Origin: Eledone cirrhosa
Taxonomy: Eukaryota
Direction of reading: 5' to 3'
Length of the DNA: 64,000 bases
Assembly (NCBI GenBank): GCA_964016885.1
Contig: OZ024751.1
Span: 40,052,001 to 40,116,000 of the forward strand
The position numbers and the translations under genes are program-made. Positions within the stretch are counted from its first letter, which is position 1. Each line of letters starts with the position of its first letter. Below are positions 13,756-33,594 of the stretch, piece by piece. The notes under the pieces were generated by a model, which was not told the origin of the DNA, ran no database searches, and was given only the letters and a program-made list of their open reading frames with translations.

Positions 13756-13795
13756 TAATAAAGAAATGTCAAAAAGAAACATTTTTTAAACATAC

Positions 13796-13829
<34 letters not shown>

Positions 13830-13939
13830 TCCCTGTATTCTCCAACCTCATTCAGTTTTGCAAGAGATGTCAACATCTACAGACATTGTTTCCAATTCCA
13901 ACCCACCTGTCCCCTCAATCTATCTTATTTCTCATTCTT

Positions 13940-13975
13940 TCTTCTGATGAAGGACTAGCGTCCCAAACGTTAAGA
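13940..13975 (+). ncRNA. Minimal hammerhead motif with GAAA>CAAA lesion
   Basis: TCTT CTGATGA A GGAC-TAGC-GTCC CAAA CG TT AAGA; stems I and II pair perfectly. Confidence 0.55.
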
Positions 13976-14280
13976 CCCTCTTCCTGCTATATCAACCGTT
14001 AACCTAATATATCCCTTCCATATACTGTACCGATTGTGTTGTTATTTCTGTTTACCTTTTACATATATATATATATACATATTCCGAAGAAAAAGATGGC
14101 AGTTGTTTCGCGGTTTGGTCGTTGCTGCCTCATCAGACTGAAGAGGCATCAACATTACTCTCCATCTTTGGAAAATGCATATTGTACACTACTCACATGT
14201 ATTGAGTGCTCACTAACTTAATCTTTGAATGTTCAGTGTACACTTTTACTTCCATGTATACATACACACAGACACACATT

Positions 14281-14334
<54 letters not shown>

Positions 14335-14449
14335 CACATACATATATGTATATACACATGCAACTATGTATGTATAATGTTACATTTCAAGAGTAAGTTT
14401 TCCAATAACAACTAATGGACTCAAAATGATGTGAAATGATGAAAAATAA

Positions 14450-19900
<5,451 letters not shown>

Positions 19901-20215
19901 ATTAAATAAGATGATGTAAAAAATAGGAAACGGCTTTTAAAAAAGGGGTCCTATCACTGAGGATTGTTTAGGGATTTACAATCTTTTGATACTGGGGGTC
20001 ATTTTCTGTTGTTCTGATTTAATAACGGAGTTTGTTTGGACTTTGAATAAATCTACTAATCATACTACAGTACTATGTGTGTGTGTTATCTTTTGATCCA
20101 GATCCTAACAGGATTTGTGCAGTTAACTGTACATGTATCTATGTATGTATGTATCTATATATGTATGTATGTATCTATATATGTATGTATGTATCTATAT
20201 ATGCATGTATGTATC

Positions 20216-20246
<31 letters not shown>

Positions 20247-22411
20247 CTATCTATCTATCTATCTATATATGCATGTATGTATCTATATATGTATGTATGT
20301 TTCTATGTATGTATATATCTATCTATGTGTATGTGTGTGTGTGTGTGACATGACTGTGTAGCATGTCTGTGTAGAGGCTAATGTGTGTGTTTGGTAGATG
20401 ACAGTATATGTGTTAGGCCTTAAGTACGATGAGCTTTATATTTTAATAAATCACTATTACTTCAACAGTTATATATATATATATGAGAGAGAAGATGGAT
20501 AGAGAGAGAGAGAGAAGATGAATAAAGAGATGGAGAAGATGGATAGATAGATATATATATATATATAGAGAGAGAGAGAAGATGGATAGATATATATATA
20601 TAGAGAGAGAGAAGATGGATAGATAGATATATAGAGAGAGAGAAGATGGATAGATAGAGAGAGAGAGAAGATGGATAGATAGATAGATAGAGAGAGAGAG
20701 AGAAGATGAATAGATAAATAGATATATATATATAGAGAGAGAAGGTGGGTGGATAGATAGATAGATATGTAGAGAGAGGAACCAACTTGGAAACTGGATA
20801 GCATCAAGTTTCTCTAATCTTTTTGTGGATCTATATTGGAAAACCACAATATCACCATGAATAATATATTATCTATATATATATATATGTGTGTGTGTGT
20901 GTTTATAACTTTGTGAGAATTCAATGTAACTAGCATAGTAAAACAAGGAAAAAATAAAAAAAAAATAAAATGTTAATAAAATTCTATGTGACAGCTTTAC
21001 AAAAGAGAGAAAAAAACATTTTAAAATGTCTTCACAATTATTCCTAACGGCCATTTAAAAGATTTTGGTGCCAATAGAAATAATGTGCGACAAGTTTTCT
21101 AAGCTTTTGTGATTCAATTTGGATCAAGTCTGCTGCTGCCAGTTTGGAAAACAAACCATTTATTTTGTGTGTTTCGAAATGTTCATTTACTTCAGACTGT
21201 CAGAATACTTATTTCTTTGAGAATTACAGAAGAATTCTTGTAAGTGCTTATGTCCAATCCAGTTGGATAAGTTTTATATAATTCCAGTGAAGAGCAGAAA
21301 AGCCGTAATTTTGCCAACAGAAATTTAATTATTGACAAATAACTAAGGCATAGAAAATAGTAATCTAATTTCTGTTGAGAAGTTTAAATAATATTTAGGC
21401 ATTAAATATAAACTCTTGCACAGTTGTTTCACTCTTTTGATATCAAACAGCCCCAAACTGTCTCTTGTTGTATGAAACAAAATCTCCCATTTTAAAGGGT
21501 TCCTTCCTATTTGAATTAAAATCTTCCACCATTACTTGAAATAAGAACCTTTTGTTAAATGATAGTACAAATACTATCGTAATAAGGAGATGAATAATTT
21601 TAGTAAATCCCTTCAAATTCTTCATTAATTAATCCAAGAACAGTGAATTTCAAGAGAAATACAGTAATGAAAGGGTTAAATGAAAAACCACTTTGTGCTT
21701 AAAATGTTTGCCTTACAACCACATGGTTTCTGGTTCAGTGTCACTGACACTGTGTAGCTCCCATGTCATATTTTATATTTCAGGAAACTCTTAAGACAGC
21801 TGCTAGGAAGAGAATATCTTTAAACTAGGGGCTTGGTCTGAATGTTTGCATCAGAGGGGGCTCACCTAAAGGAAACCAAAAGCCAGGTGATGGAGCTGTT
21901 AAACTGGATGATGGATTAAGTCTACTACTGTGATATGAGGGATATTTAGCTACTATTTCTACAAGATTGAGGCTAACACAAAGAACCTTCTCCAATTGCT
22001 TCTACGTCCTTATGGCTTTATCGTGGTTCATTCCACTTGAAAAAATAAAACCTTCTTTACAGACATAAGTATTGGTGGTAGGGACATTCGGTTGTTTGTT
22101 TTTCTTTCTCAGTAATTAAGGAGATTTCTTAATAAATGTGATTTCTTAATTAACCCGTTAGCATTTACATTACACTGTATATAATATTATATTTTCACAG
22201 TAAAAGCTTTATCTCACATTATTTCAAATCTATGAGATTTTGATATTATTTATTTTGAGAACAATACCTTAATATCAGTATGAACGGCCAGTTACAGCAA
22301 GTTTGAATAGAAAGAGGTGAGAGAATTCTGGCCAGATATGGCCGGTTTAAATGCTAAAGGGTTAAGGGGATTTGAAAATATTGCTTCATGGTTGATAAAA
22401 AAAATCCTTAA

Positions 22412-22655
22412 CCCTTTTTATACCAAACTGCCTGAAAATGCTCCTGGTTCTGATATAGAACTGCATATTTTAAAGTACCCATATTTACCTATCATAATTT
22501 TGTGTAAGAACCTTTGTTATGTTATGCTCCAAATACCAGCTTAATAATGAGAAAGTTGGTTATTTTAATAAACTCCTTCAAATTCTTGAATATGTTAAAA
22601 ATTATTTGGAAAACTATAGGCAGCGTCTTTCATTAGAAATATGGTAATATAAGGG
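22412..22655. mobile_element. Second, older TTAA/CCC MITE family; degenerate copies at ~21400-21680, 28250-28950, 36900-37430, 47653-48070
   Basis: TTAACCCTTT...GAAATATGGTAATATAAGGGTTAA termini and shared internal sequence. Confidence 0.65.
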
Positions 22656-23454
22656 TTAACCCATTTCGTTTTTGTCTAAATGATAAAGGTTTCTGAGAGT
22701 TGGAGTGATAGAGAGAGAGGGAGGAAGAGAAAGTGATAGAGAATAATAGACAAACAGAGATGCTTTCATGACAAACAAAAATGAATGAGGATATAAACAA
22801 ATAAGTCAATCTGTTGAGTCATATTGTTAGAAATCGCATGACTTGGCATAGAAATGGTTTAGATTGGCATGGTTCTGGTCAGAGAAAAAAAGGACAAAAT
22901 AGGGAGTTTAGCCAGAATTGTTTCAAGTGAGATATAAATATTGAATAATTAAACAATAAATCTAGAGAGATGAAATTAAAATATGTTTTGGCAGACTGAA
23001 AAGTTCATCAAACAAAACTGGCTTCTTGTTTTTGTTGGTTTAACACAGTAAACTGCCACACACACGCACATATATATATATATATATCATCATCATCGTC
23101 GTCGTCGTCATTTTACCGTCTGCTTTCCCTGCTAACAAGGGTTGGATGGGTCTTCATAGACCAAGTCAGTACTGAAGCAGTAGCTACTGATCTCCCAGAC
23201 AGATCAGGGATCTGTCATTTCACTTATGTATGGCCGTGCACAGGGGAGGTTGTCATATCTTTGACACAGCTGAAGGGTCCTCCAAACCCTTTGTTTGCCA
23301 AGCTTTCTACAGCTGGGTGCCCTTCCTATCACCAACCACTTTACAGAGTGTACTGAGAGCAGAGCATTTATCATGTAGATCAGTAAAACTGGGGAGGTTG
23401 TCATGTCCTTGACATGACTGAAGGGTCCTCCCAACCCTTATATATATATATAGG

Positions 23455-23790
23455 GCGGGTAAAATTCCCGAGATCCATGGATGAGTTCTCTCCAGTGGTC
23501 TCTGTCCCTCATTATAGCTGCCATGTCCTGCGTCTCCAAGAGATCAGTGTCTGTCCTTAGGACAACAACATATGCTAACCTCGGTCTTCCTCTTCCTGTC
23601 TCCATGCAGGGGCTCCCACAGGAGCACTGAGTGCAGTGTCAACTCTGAATGTCGGTGAGCATGTCCAGCTAACCTCAGTCTCCTCTGGGCTACTCTTGAG
23701 CTGACTTTTGAGGCTCCCGTACAGCTCTGAGTTCTTCATCCTCAGTGTGCACTGACCAAGAAACTCACTCAGATGGTGGATGGGTGCTAC
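23455..23790 (-). mobile_element. RTE-like LINE 3' fragment (frameshifted)
   Basis: WEPLHG / RKRGRPRLAYVVVLRTDTDLLETQDMAAIMRDRDHWRE, typical of an RTE ORF2 C-terminus. Confidence 0.7.
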
Positions 23791-24419
23791 ACGAGAATAT
23801 ATATACATATATATATATATATGAACATATCTGGTGTACAGTATCCAAAACTATATATATGTGTGTGTGTGTGTGTGTATATATACAAACATGCACGTAT
23901 AACATAGACAAAACCATATCACTTGTCAGAATTGTAAAACAAAAATGGTAACACAAGCAACAGAAATGATAACAACCAAATATCAGCAACAACAACATCA
24001 ACAGCAACAACTACAGATTACAAGAGAAAAATATTTGAAATCCTGAACAATAGTGAGATGACATCAGCAATTCTATTGAGAAATTTTGAAACATTTTTGG
24101 TTTAAATTTAATTTTTTTTTTTTTTTTTTTTTTTTTTAAATGGTAAAAATATAAAAATGGTAAAATTATAAAAAGTGGTAAAAATATGCAGACTTCTCAA
24201 TGATTTGAAAGTAATATATGCATGGCTATGTGTGTATATATATATATTATATTATATATATATATAGAGAGAGAGAGAGAGATAGAAAGAAAGAGATACA
24301 TGTATATCATAAATATACATATATTTATGATATACATGTAGCTCTCTATAAATATATATATATACCTTCATATGCATACATATATGTATATACACACACA
24401 TACACATATATATATATAT

Positions 24420-24720
24420 ATATCATCATCATCATCATTTTACGTCCGCTTTTCCCTGCTTGCAAGGGTGGGAACGGGTCTTATTCAGCACAGCATCTCT
24501 CCACTTGTCACGGTCCTTTGTCATCTCCACCGTGAGCTTCAGCAATCTGAGGTCTGTTCTCACCACCTCCACCCATGTTTTTCATGGTCTACCTCTACCA
24601 CATCTTCCTTCAACTGCCATTTCCTGGCACTTCTTCACCCATCGGTCATCCTCCATGCGCATCACATGTCCATACCACCGCAGTCTCCTCCCTCGCACAC
24701 TACATTCTATCCCTCTCATA
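24420..24720 (-). mobile_element. RTE-clade LINE 3' fragment
   Basis: RGIECSVRGRRLRWYGHVMRMEDDRWVKKCQEMAVEGRCGRGRP plus GGACGTAAAA(TGA)n tail; older related copy at ~27860-28090. Confidence 0.85.
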
Positions 24721-25157
24721 TATATATAGCATGGAAGATGGATGTTAAACGATGATGACGATGATGATGATTTATATATAATATGCAAAGTTGCATATTA
24801 TGAGACATGTTATAATCTATCGCGCTTGTTACTATTGTTATTATTAAAACTATAGTAAAATAGTTGATAGAGGAAGGGGAGGAGGAGGTGGTGGTGGAGG
24901 AGGAGAAGGTTGAGGAGGTGAAGAATGTCAATATTTCACTTGATGTCAGAGTTACCCTCCTCATCATCTTCATCACCACCACCATCATTCCCACCACCAC
25001 CATCACCACCACCACCACCATTATCACTACCACCACCACCATCGTTGTTGTTTACAGACAATGATGTCTTGTTATCTCAGCAGTGGTATGGGAGGGAGCA
25101 GACAAACCATGCTGGCTATTAGAATAGTGGAACAACATACACCATTATTACCGTTTT

Positions 25158-26200
25158 GTGGTCCTCTTTCCATGTTGGCCTGGGCTGGTTGTGCTGCCAT
25201 GGGCCTCTTTCCATGTTGGCCTGGCCTGGGCTAGTTGTGCTGTCATGGGCCTCTTTCTATGCTGGCCTGGGCTGGTTGTGCTGCCATGGGCCTCTTTCCA
25301 TGTTGGCCTGGGCTGGTTGTGCTGTCATGAGCCTCTTTTTATGTTGGCCTGGGCTGGTTGTGCTGCCATGGGCCTCTTTCCATGTTGGCCTGGGCTGGTT
25401 GTGCTGTCATGAGCCTCTTTCTATGTTGGCCTGGGCTGGTTGTGCTGCCATGGGCCTCTTTCTATGTTAGCCTGGGCTGGTTGTGCTGCCATGGGCCTCT
25501 TTCCATGTAGCCCTGGGCTGGTTGTGCTGTCATGAGCCTCTTTCTATGTTGGCCTGGGCTGGTTGTGCTGTCCTGGGCCTCTTTCCATGTTGGCCTGGGC
25601 TGGTTGTGCTGTCATGAGCCTCTTTCTGTTGGCCTGGGCTGGTTGTGCTGTCATGAGCCTCTTTCTATGTTGGCCTGGGCTGGTTGTGCTGCCATGGGCC
25701 TCTTTCCATGTTGGCCTGGGCTGGTTGTGCTGTCATGAGGCTCTTTCTATGTTGGCCTGGGCTGGTTGTGCTGCCATGGGCCTCTTTCCATGTTGGCCTG
25801 GGCTGGTTGTGCTGCCATGGGCCTCTTTCCATGTTGGCCTGGGCTGGTTGTGCTGTCATGAGCCTCTTTCTATGTTGGCCTGGGCTAGTTGTGCTGTCCT
25901 GGGCCTCTTTCTATGTTGTCCTGGGCCTCTTTCTATGTTGGCCTGGGCTAGTTGTGCTGTCATGGGCCTCTTTCTATGTTGGTCTGGGCTGGTTGTGCTG
26001 TCATGGGCCTCTTTCCATGTTGGCCTGGGCTAGTTGTGCTGTCATGGGCCTCTTTCTATGTTGGCCTGGGCTGGTTGTGTTGTCATGGGCCTCTTTCTAT
26101 GCTGGCCTGGGCTGGTTGTGCTGTCATGGGCCTCTTTCTATGTTGGCCTGGCCTGGGCTGGTTGTGTTGTCCTGGGCCTCTTTCCATGTTGGCCTGGGCT
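25158..26200. repeat. 41-bp GC-rich minisatellite (~25 copies)
   Basis: Unit GGGCCTCTTTCCATGTTGGCCTGGGCTGGTTGTGCTGCCAT. Confidence 0.95.
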
Positions 26201-26464
26201 CCAGGTCGGAATGCTTTGATTTCTACCAGAGAAGGATAGAAACGAAACAGAGGAAGAATCAATCCCAGTACTAAACTGGTACTTTTGTTATTGACCTCAA
26301 AAGGATGAATGGCAAAGTTGAGATCAGCGGGATTTTAGCAGAAAGCCAGAATGAATACTGCAAAGTATTCTATCTGATGTTCTAACAACTCTGCCATTTC
26401 ACCACCTACTCAGAATAACAAGATGTGATAAAGTGAACCATTTAAATTTGACACCACCACCAAT

Positions 26465-27010
26465 ACCATGACTTTAAGAAACATTTCTTCACGTTCAGCG
26501 TTGCTGAAGCATGGAACAAACTACCTGCATCAGTTGTTAGCTTTCGGGGCACTGCATCTGTCAAAACTTCCATGCTTCCTGAAATTCGCCAACACTACAG
26601 CTGATGTTCCCTCTCCATAAACACACACGCATGTATGTGTGTGTATATGTATATATATATATTTTTTTTTTTATGGAGGCTCATGGCTTAGTGGTTAGAG
26701 CATTGGCCTTGCAATCGAAAGGTTGTGAGTTCAATTCTCAGACCGGGTGATGTGTTGTTTCCTTGAGCAAGACACTTTATTTCACATTGCTCCAGTTTAC
26801 TCAGCTGTAGAAATGAGATGATAGGGACTGGGGTCCCTATCATTCCACTGCAAAGTGGTCGTGGAGGTACCACAGCAAAAAAGCACCCATCACTCACTGT
26901 AAATGAGGTTGGTGTTAGGAAGGGCATCCAGCTGTAGAAATCAAGCCAGAATCAATTCCCTTCCCACCCTTGCAAACAGGGAAAAGTGGACGTAAAATGA
27001 AATGAAATGA

Positions 27011-27050
<40 letters not shown>

Positions 27051-27170
27051 TGACTCATGCACTGTTCACTTTCCTGACATTTGTACATTAGTCTATGCAC
27101 TATACAGGCACCTTTGGTGAGTTGTAGTGCACCTGAGCACTTACACAATAGTTGTCATTATTATTATTCC
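26465..27170 (+). mobile_element. CR1-like 3' end interrupted by a tRNA-derived SINE (26675-27013)
   Basis: Colinear with 49120-49775 on both sides of the SINE; further 3'-end copies at 38703-38890 and 52975-53340. Confidence 0.8.
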
Positions 27171-29142
27171 ACTGTAGTAAATTCTACCATATATTTGGCT
27201 ATGACTCATATATTCACATGTATTGTGTAATGAAGTAGCTATAACAGTAGTCTAAAGTCTGTCATAAGCCAGGTTTGTTAGGCCGGTGCTTATCCCAGTT
27301 TCATGGCATGAAGCGACTGAGAGTAAAAGACTCCCCCATGGAGAGGAGGCCAGTCTATCACAGGGTTAAACCCCCAGCGATTGCTAGTACTCATTTTCAG
27401 CTGAGTATAAAGGAGCAACATGAAATGAAGTGTTTTGCTCAAAAGTACAACACAACCCAGCCCAGGAATCGAAGCCACATTATGATCGTACGTCCAACAC
27501 CCTTACCACTAGGCCACGCGCCTCCACAGCTATGACACTATAGGTAATAAATGAAGGGAAGTCATGGCGTAATGGTATAGTATTATTAACAATGTGGTTG
27601 GTTTTTTAAATGTTAATGAAGATCTGCTGTCTAACTCTCCCGAGTTTCTTACTGCCAATGATCAAGGGAGATAACTCTATTTGTTCGAGTTATCCAGACA
27701 CACTTCCGCTAGTAGTATATCCAACTGAAAACACTCATACAGGTCTGCGTGTGCGCATAATCTTCATTAAATGAAAGAAGTTTAACTTAGCATGGAGAAA
27801 GATCTAATGGTTCACCTCTGATAAAGGGTCATCCTGCCTGAAATGTTAAACTTCTCTTCTTCATCATCGTTTTTACGTTGGATTAGATGACTCCTTCTCA
27901 GCACGGCATCTCTCCAAATTGTGATCCTCTGTCATCGCCTCAGAGTCTGTGATTTGATGCCAGCTCTCACCTCCTTTTTCTTGGTTTCTCTTAGTCTACC
28001 TCTACTGTGGCTTCCTTCCATTAACATTTCCTGGCACTTCTTCACCCATCGAACATCATTCATGCACATCACATGTCCATACCAACACATGGTATTCAAG
28101 ATAAGGAGTTCAATTCTCCATAGTGGGTGCTGGCTACTTTTTTTCCAACTATAGGGATATTTTACAAAATTTTCTAAGCTATTATTTATAGCATTTAACT
28201 ATTGTTACAGTTACTTTCTGTATTTGGGATTCCCACATTTTCCAAGTTAATTTGTTTAATATCAGACTATCTGAAACCAGCTCTGGTTTTATGACACAAA
28301 CTGTTTTAAAGTGTTCGCAATTATCTAAAACCTCTCAAGGCAGTGAATATAGTGTGGTATAAGCTAATAATAATATAAAGACTTACATCACAAGCAGGAA
28401 AAATAACGAATGATCAATTAATTAAACCTTTTGTTACCATATTTCAAATAATTTTGAAAATAATCAACAATTTGAAGGTATTTAGTAAATTATGTAGCTG
28501 GTGTTTGGAATATAACTTAAAGCTTCTTTCACAGAATTATAGTAAAAAGATTTTAGATAAATATAAATAGATTTTTTAAACTTTTTGTCAAACCAAACCA
28601 CCTAAAACTAGTACAGGCTTCACAATACAAAACCGTTTGTTTTAAATTTTCAATCAAAATTTTATGTGAGAACCTTTAAGTTAGGTTCCAAACACCTGCT
28701 TAATAATGAGAAAGTTGATCACCTCAAATTGTCTTGAAAATCATACGAAATTTCTTTCATTAGGTATATGGTTAGAAAAGGTTTATATCTATATAAAAAC
28801 CTTCTATTGTAATTTTATGTATCTTTCTCAAATAATGAGAGGGTTAATTGTATTATTACTAAATTCCTACAACTTCTTGAGTATTACCAAAATGATCTGA
28901 AAATAATAGAGAGTGGATTATATCATTAGAAATATGGTAAGAAAAAGGTTAAGCTTACTTAATGAATAAAAAATCAATATAGCCTGTTTTCCCATGGTTG
29001 AGTGAAAAAAAAAATGATTTAATTTAAATATAAACATGAAACCATGTTAAACACGAGCTGTTCCTTATAGCTACAGCATTTGGTAGTTCAATGTGTCAAC
29101 AGTTTTAGCAACATTCCAAGATGAAGCAGTCCTAGAAGATGC

Positions 29143-29883
<741 letters not shown>

Positions 29884-30714
29884 AATAGTTATCAACATCC
29901 AATGTCTATATACTGAAAGAAACACAGCATGCAATAACATTTTCATTTGTTTTGTTTTGTCTTTTTTACATTGGTCTTTTTTATGAAGAATGTCTTTTTT
30001 TTTGGTATTCTTATCATCACCATCAACATCATTTTTATTAGGGTTTTATGTGGGGTTTCTCCCTTGAGTTACCCTAACATGAAGTTCTCTCTGTCCCTTT
30101 TGTTGAGCTACTTCTAGTTAACATATGTTGTTTTCTATTGTTATCATTGACTGGTTTTACCTTTGGCAATGCCCCCCCCCCCTTTCCTTGATATAAACCC
30201 CACTCTGTGTTGTTCTTGTCCTTCTATTGTTCTACCCTTGTATTGTTTTCGGCCCTTGTGGCCAATATAAGAAACCATCATCAACATCCTTATTATCATT
30301 ATTCAGCAGTGTTATTGTTATTGCATAATGTGTAATGTTATGGTTTGGTGAGTGAGCAGAAATGTAGGGCTGCTCTGGTTCAACTTAACTAGTTGGTGCC
30401 CACCTGTGTGTAGATAGGTAACCCTAAGTCTGGGGCTATGGGTAGGTAACCCTAAATATAAGGCTGCTCTGGTTCAACTTAACTAGTGCGTACCTACATG
30501 TGTGGGTGAGTAACCCTAAATGTGGAGCTGCTCTGACAACTAGTAGGTACCCACTAGTTAAGTTTACAGTATGTTTACAGTGTCTAGCAGTGATATTTTC
30601 TGTATGTTGTATAATAATTACTATTGTTGTTATTATTATCTGTGCTGTCATGTTTTTTTTTTAAAGTAAATCCTTTGTGGTTAATAAAGAAATTATTATT
30701 GTTTCTTCGCTCAG

Positions 30715-30966
30715 CTTCTAACACTAGAGATGTATTACAGTGAACTGAGGTAACACTTCTTATCTCAACTTCTAACAGTAGAGATGTATTACACTATTAG
30801 CTGTTCACTACCACTGAACTGGGGTAACATCCCTTATCTCAGCTTCTAACACTAGAGATGTATTACAGTGAACTGAGGTAACACTTCTTATCTCAACTTC
30901 TAACACTAGAGATGTATTACACTATTAGCTGTTCACTACCACTGAACTGAGGTAACACCCCTTATT
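30715..30966. repeat. Short compound tandem repeat
   Basis: CTTCTAACACTAGAGATGTATTACA x4 with alternating spacers. Confidence 0.8.
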
Positions 30967-32205
30967 TTTTGAGTACCCTCCGGAGTATTCAAGCTGTTCC
31001 AAGCAATTTCTAAGTGTTCCATCCATATTGCAATCCCTATTTGTCTGATGCACTATTATTATTATTATTATTAAAATTGTCAGTGGAGATTTTTGTTTAT
31101 CTTTTTTTCCCCCACAGAAGAAATTATGCAACATTATATTCGTTTAAAATACATTTTGGCCAAGAATTACTTTTAATTCCAGTCCTACCCACCCACAGAA
31201 CAAAGAATAAGATAATGTAAAATTTCTACCAATCAGCCCAGCCAATCAATATAAATTATAGCAATCAAACAATAACTGTATTGATCTAGCCAATATATAT
31301 TACATTTGTACATTACCATAAAGACAATAAATATGAATGCTCCATCCCACACTCTATAGACATTAAGCCTGATGTTAGGGGCAGGGCCCTGGAGAAATAA
31401 TTGTTTCTATTTTTTTTTTTTGGGACACAAGGCCAGCAATTACCCAGTGCATTACTGGTACTTTATTTTATCGACCCCGTAAGGATGAAAGGCAAAGTTA
31501 ACCTCGGCGGGATTTGAACTCAGACCGTAAAGGGACATAAATATGCTAGAAAGCATGGCGTCCGACCCTCTACCGATACTGCCAATCCACCACCCTAGCA
31601 TGGCGTCTGACCCTCTACCGATACTGCAAATCCAAATGATGGTTAGGTTACAAAGGTATAAAACCTGAAGCCCTTTTTTTTTGCTTTGTCAAGAAAGTAA
31701 AAATGAGAATCTATGATGCTTATGAGAATGATTGGTGTGGCACTGAAGATTATTGTTTGGGTTTGTCAACTTCAAATTACTGAGTGGAGTGGAAGGAAAA
31801 TGAAAGTAAAATGTAAGCAACATTTGTCTGTCTGTGTGTGAGCATGTGTGTGTGGTAGAGTATGAGTGTGAAAGAGTGTGTGTGAGTGTGTATGTGCATG
31901 TGTGGGAGAGAATGAATGTGAAAGAGTATGTGGGAGTATGTGTGTGAGGGAGAGTATGTGAGTGTGTGTGAGTGCGGATGTGTTGCTTATGTTGCTGGTA
32001 GTCTATCAAGATATCCAATGAAAACTTCCCTGATATCAAATATTAAGCAGCGTTGCATGTGTGTATGTTAGTTACAGCTGACACCTAGGTAGGTTTGGCT
32101 GGCCTCCTACAAGGTTGAATCTCATGAGATGTAACCCCCCCGTCAAGAGGCCAGCTAAACCTGCATAGGTGTGAGCTGTAACAACAAACACAAGTGTCAA
32201 ATGTC

Positions 32206-32247
<42 letters not shown>

Positions 32248-33156
32248 TGTGACAGGGGAATATTAGCTCAAGACCTCACAGATAAAACACAAAGACTAGT
32301 CACTGATGTAAATTAGCTAAACACCTGACATGATATACCATGAAAGAATGCACCACTGCTATGAAACACAAATGGTATTGTACGTATGTGTGTGTATGAT
32401 AAAATATATTAACTAAAAACCTGACCCCATAATGAAATAGATGCCTGTTAAAACATAGGTATTATATATATATATACTGTAGTATAAGTTTGGTAGAAAT
32501 ATCCAAGGGCAAGAGCACTCAGTCCATAGGACGAGTTAACTAGTTACAACGGTGACATATACTGATACTTGAGTTTCTTTGGGTTATAAACCCTAACTCA
32601 AGTTGAGGTGTATAACCCAAAGGAAATTAAGTACCTGTGTATATCACTGTTGTAACTAGCGACAGAAAGGTATTAGTTGGAAACCTGGTAAATATCCCAT
32701 AAAAGACTACATCACTGCTATCAAACATTAAGTGGTATCATATGTGTGTGTGTGTATAACAAAAGGATACTGATTGAATATCCTATGAACCAATACACCA
32801 GAGTCAACCATATATGGTGATGTACATGTGTATTAGGCTGTCTGTGTGTGACAGGAGTAATACTAATTGGCAACCTAATAAAGACATCCAATGAAATAAT
32901 TATACCACTGCAATCAAACATAAAAAAGTGTTGTACATGTGTGACAGGAGGATATCAAATGGAGGAAAACTGGTAGATATCCCATAAAACAGTACAACAC
33001 CACAGATATCAAATGGTATTGTACAGGTGTGTATGTATATGTATATATTATGCATGTGTGTGTGTGTGTGTGTGTGTGCATGCGTGTAAATGTGTGTATG
33101 TGGAACAATATACCACCACTGCTTTCAAAACATTAAATGGCGTTGTACATGTGAAT

Positions 33157-33259
<103 letters not shown>

Positions 33260-33398
33260 TGTGTGTGTGAGTGTGTATCACAGGATATCCCATGGAACAA
33301 TATCACCACCGCTATCAAAACATTAAATGGTGGGAGGATGATAACTGGACTTTTGATTGATATTTTTTGATCTTGAACAGCCCTAGGTGTGGTGTCTG

Positions 33399-33467
33399 TT
33401 ACGGCCAGGTGATACGAGGTATTACTTTCTTCTTCTTTTCAGGTACATCAGTCTCATCAAGGTGATC
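33399..33467 (-). CDS. C2orf49: Ashwin exon 4 (terminal)
   Basis: TTGTAG acceptor; DHLDETDVPEKKKKVIPRITWP*, matching the Ashwin C-terminal KK..(I/V)TWP signature. Confidence 0.92.
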   Translation of the reverse strand, partial: DHLDETDVPEKKKKVIPRITWP

Positions 33468-33594
33468 CTACAATAGAAAGGAGAAGAATTTAAATGATTT
33501 GTGGGGGGCAGGAAAAAAAAGTAATTTATTTCACAAATACCACATTTTTATAAATAGGTAGAGAGAGATCACTAGATAGATTTTTACAGGCGAA

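Noticed and set aside
24716-25122. Poly-V/T/P ORFs
   Set aside because: Trinucleotide (CAC/GAG) low-complexity sequence.
25156-26274. Cys/Trp-rich ORFs
   Set aside because: 41-bp minisatellite translation.
26675-26750. tRNA genes at SINE heads
   Set aside because: A and B boxes present but no complete cloverleaf; they continue into the shared SINE body and tail.
31708-31752. C/D snoRNA-like ATGATGC...CTGA with terminal stem
   Set aside because: Only ~45 nt, imperfect C box, no room for guide elements.
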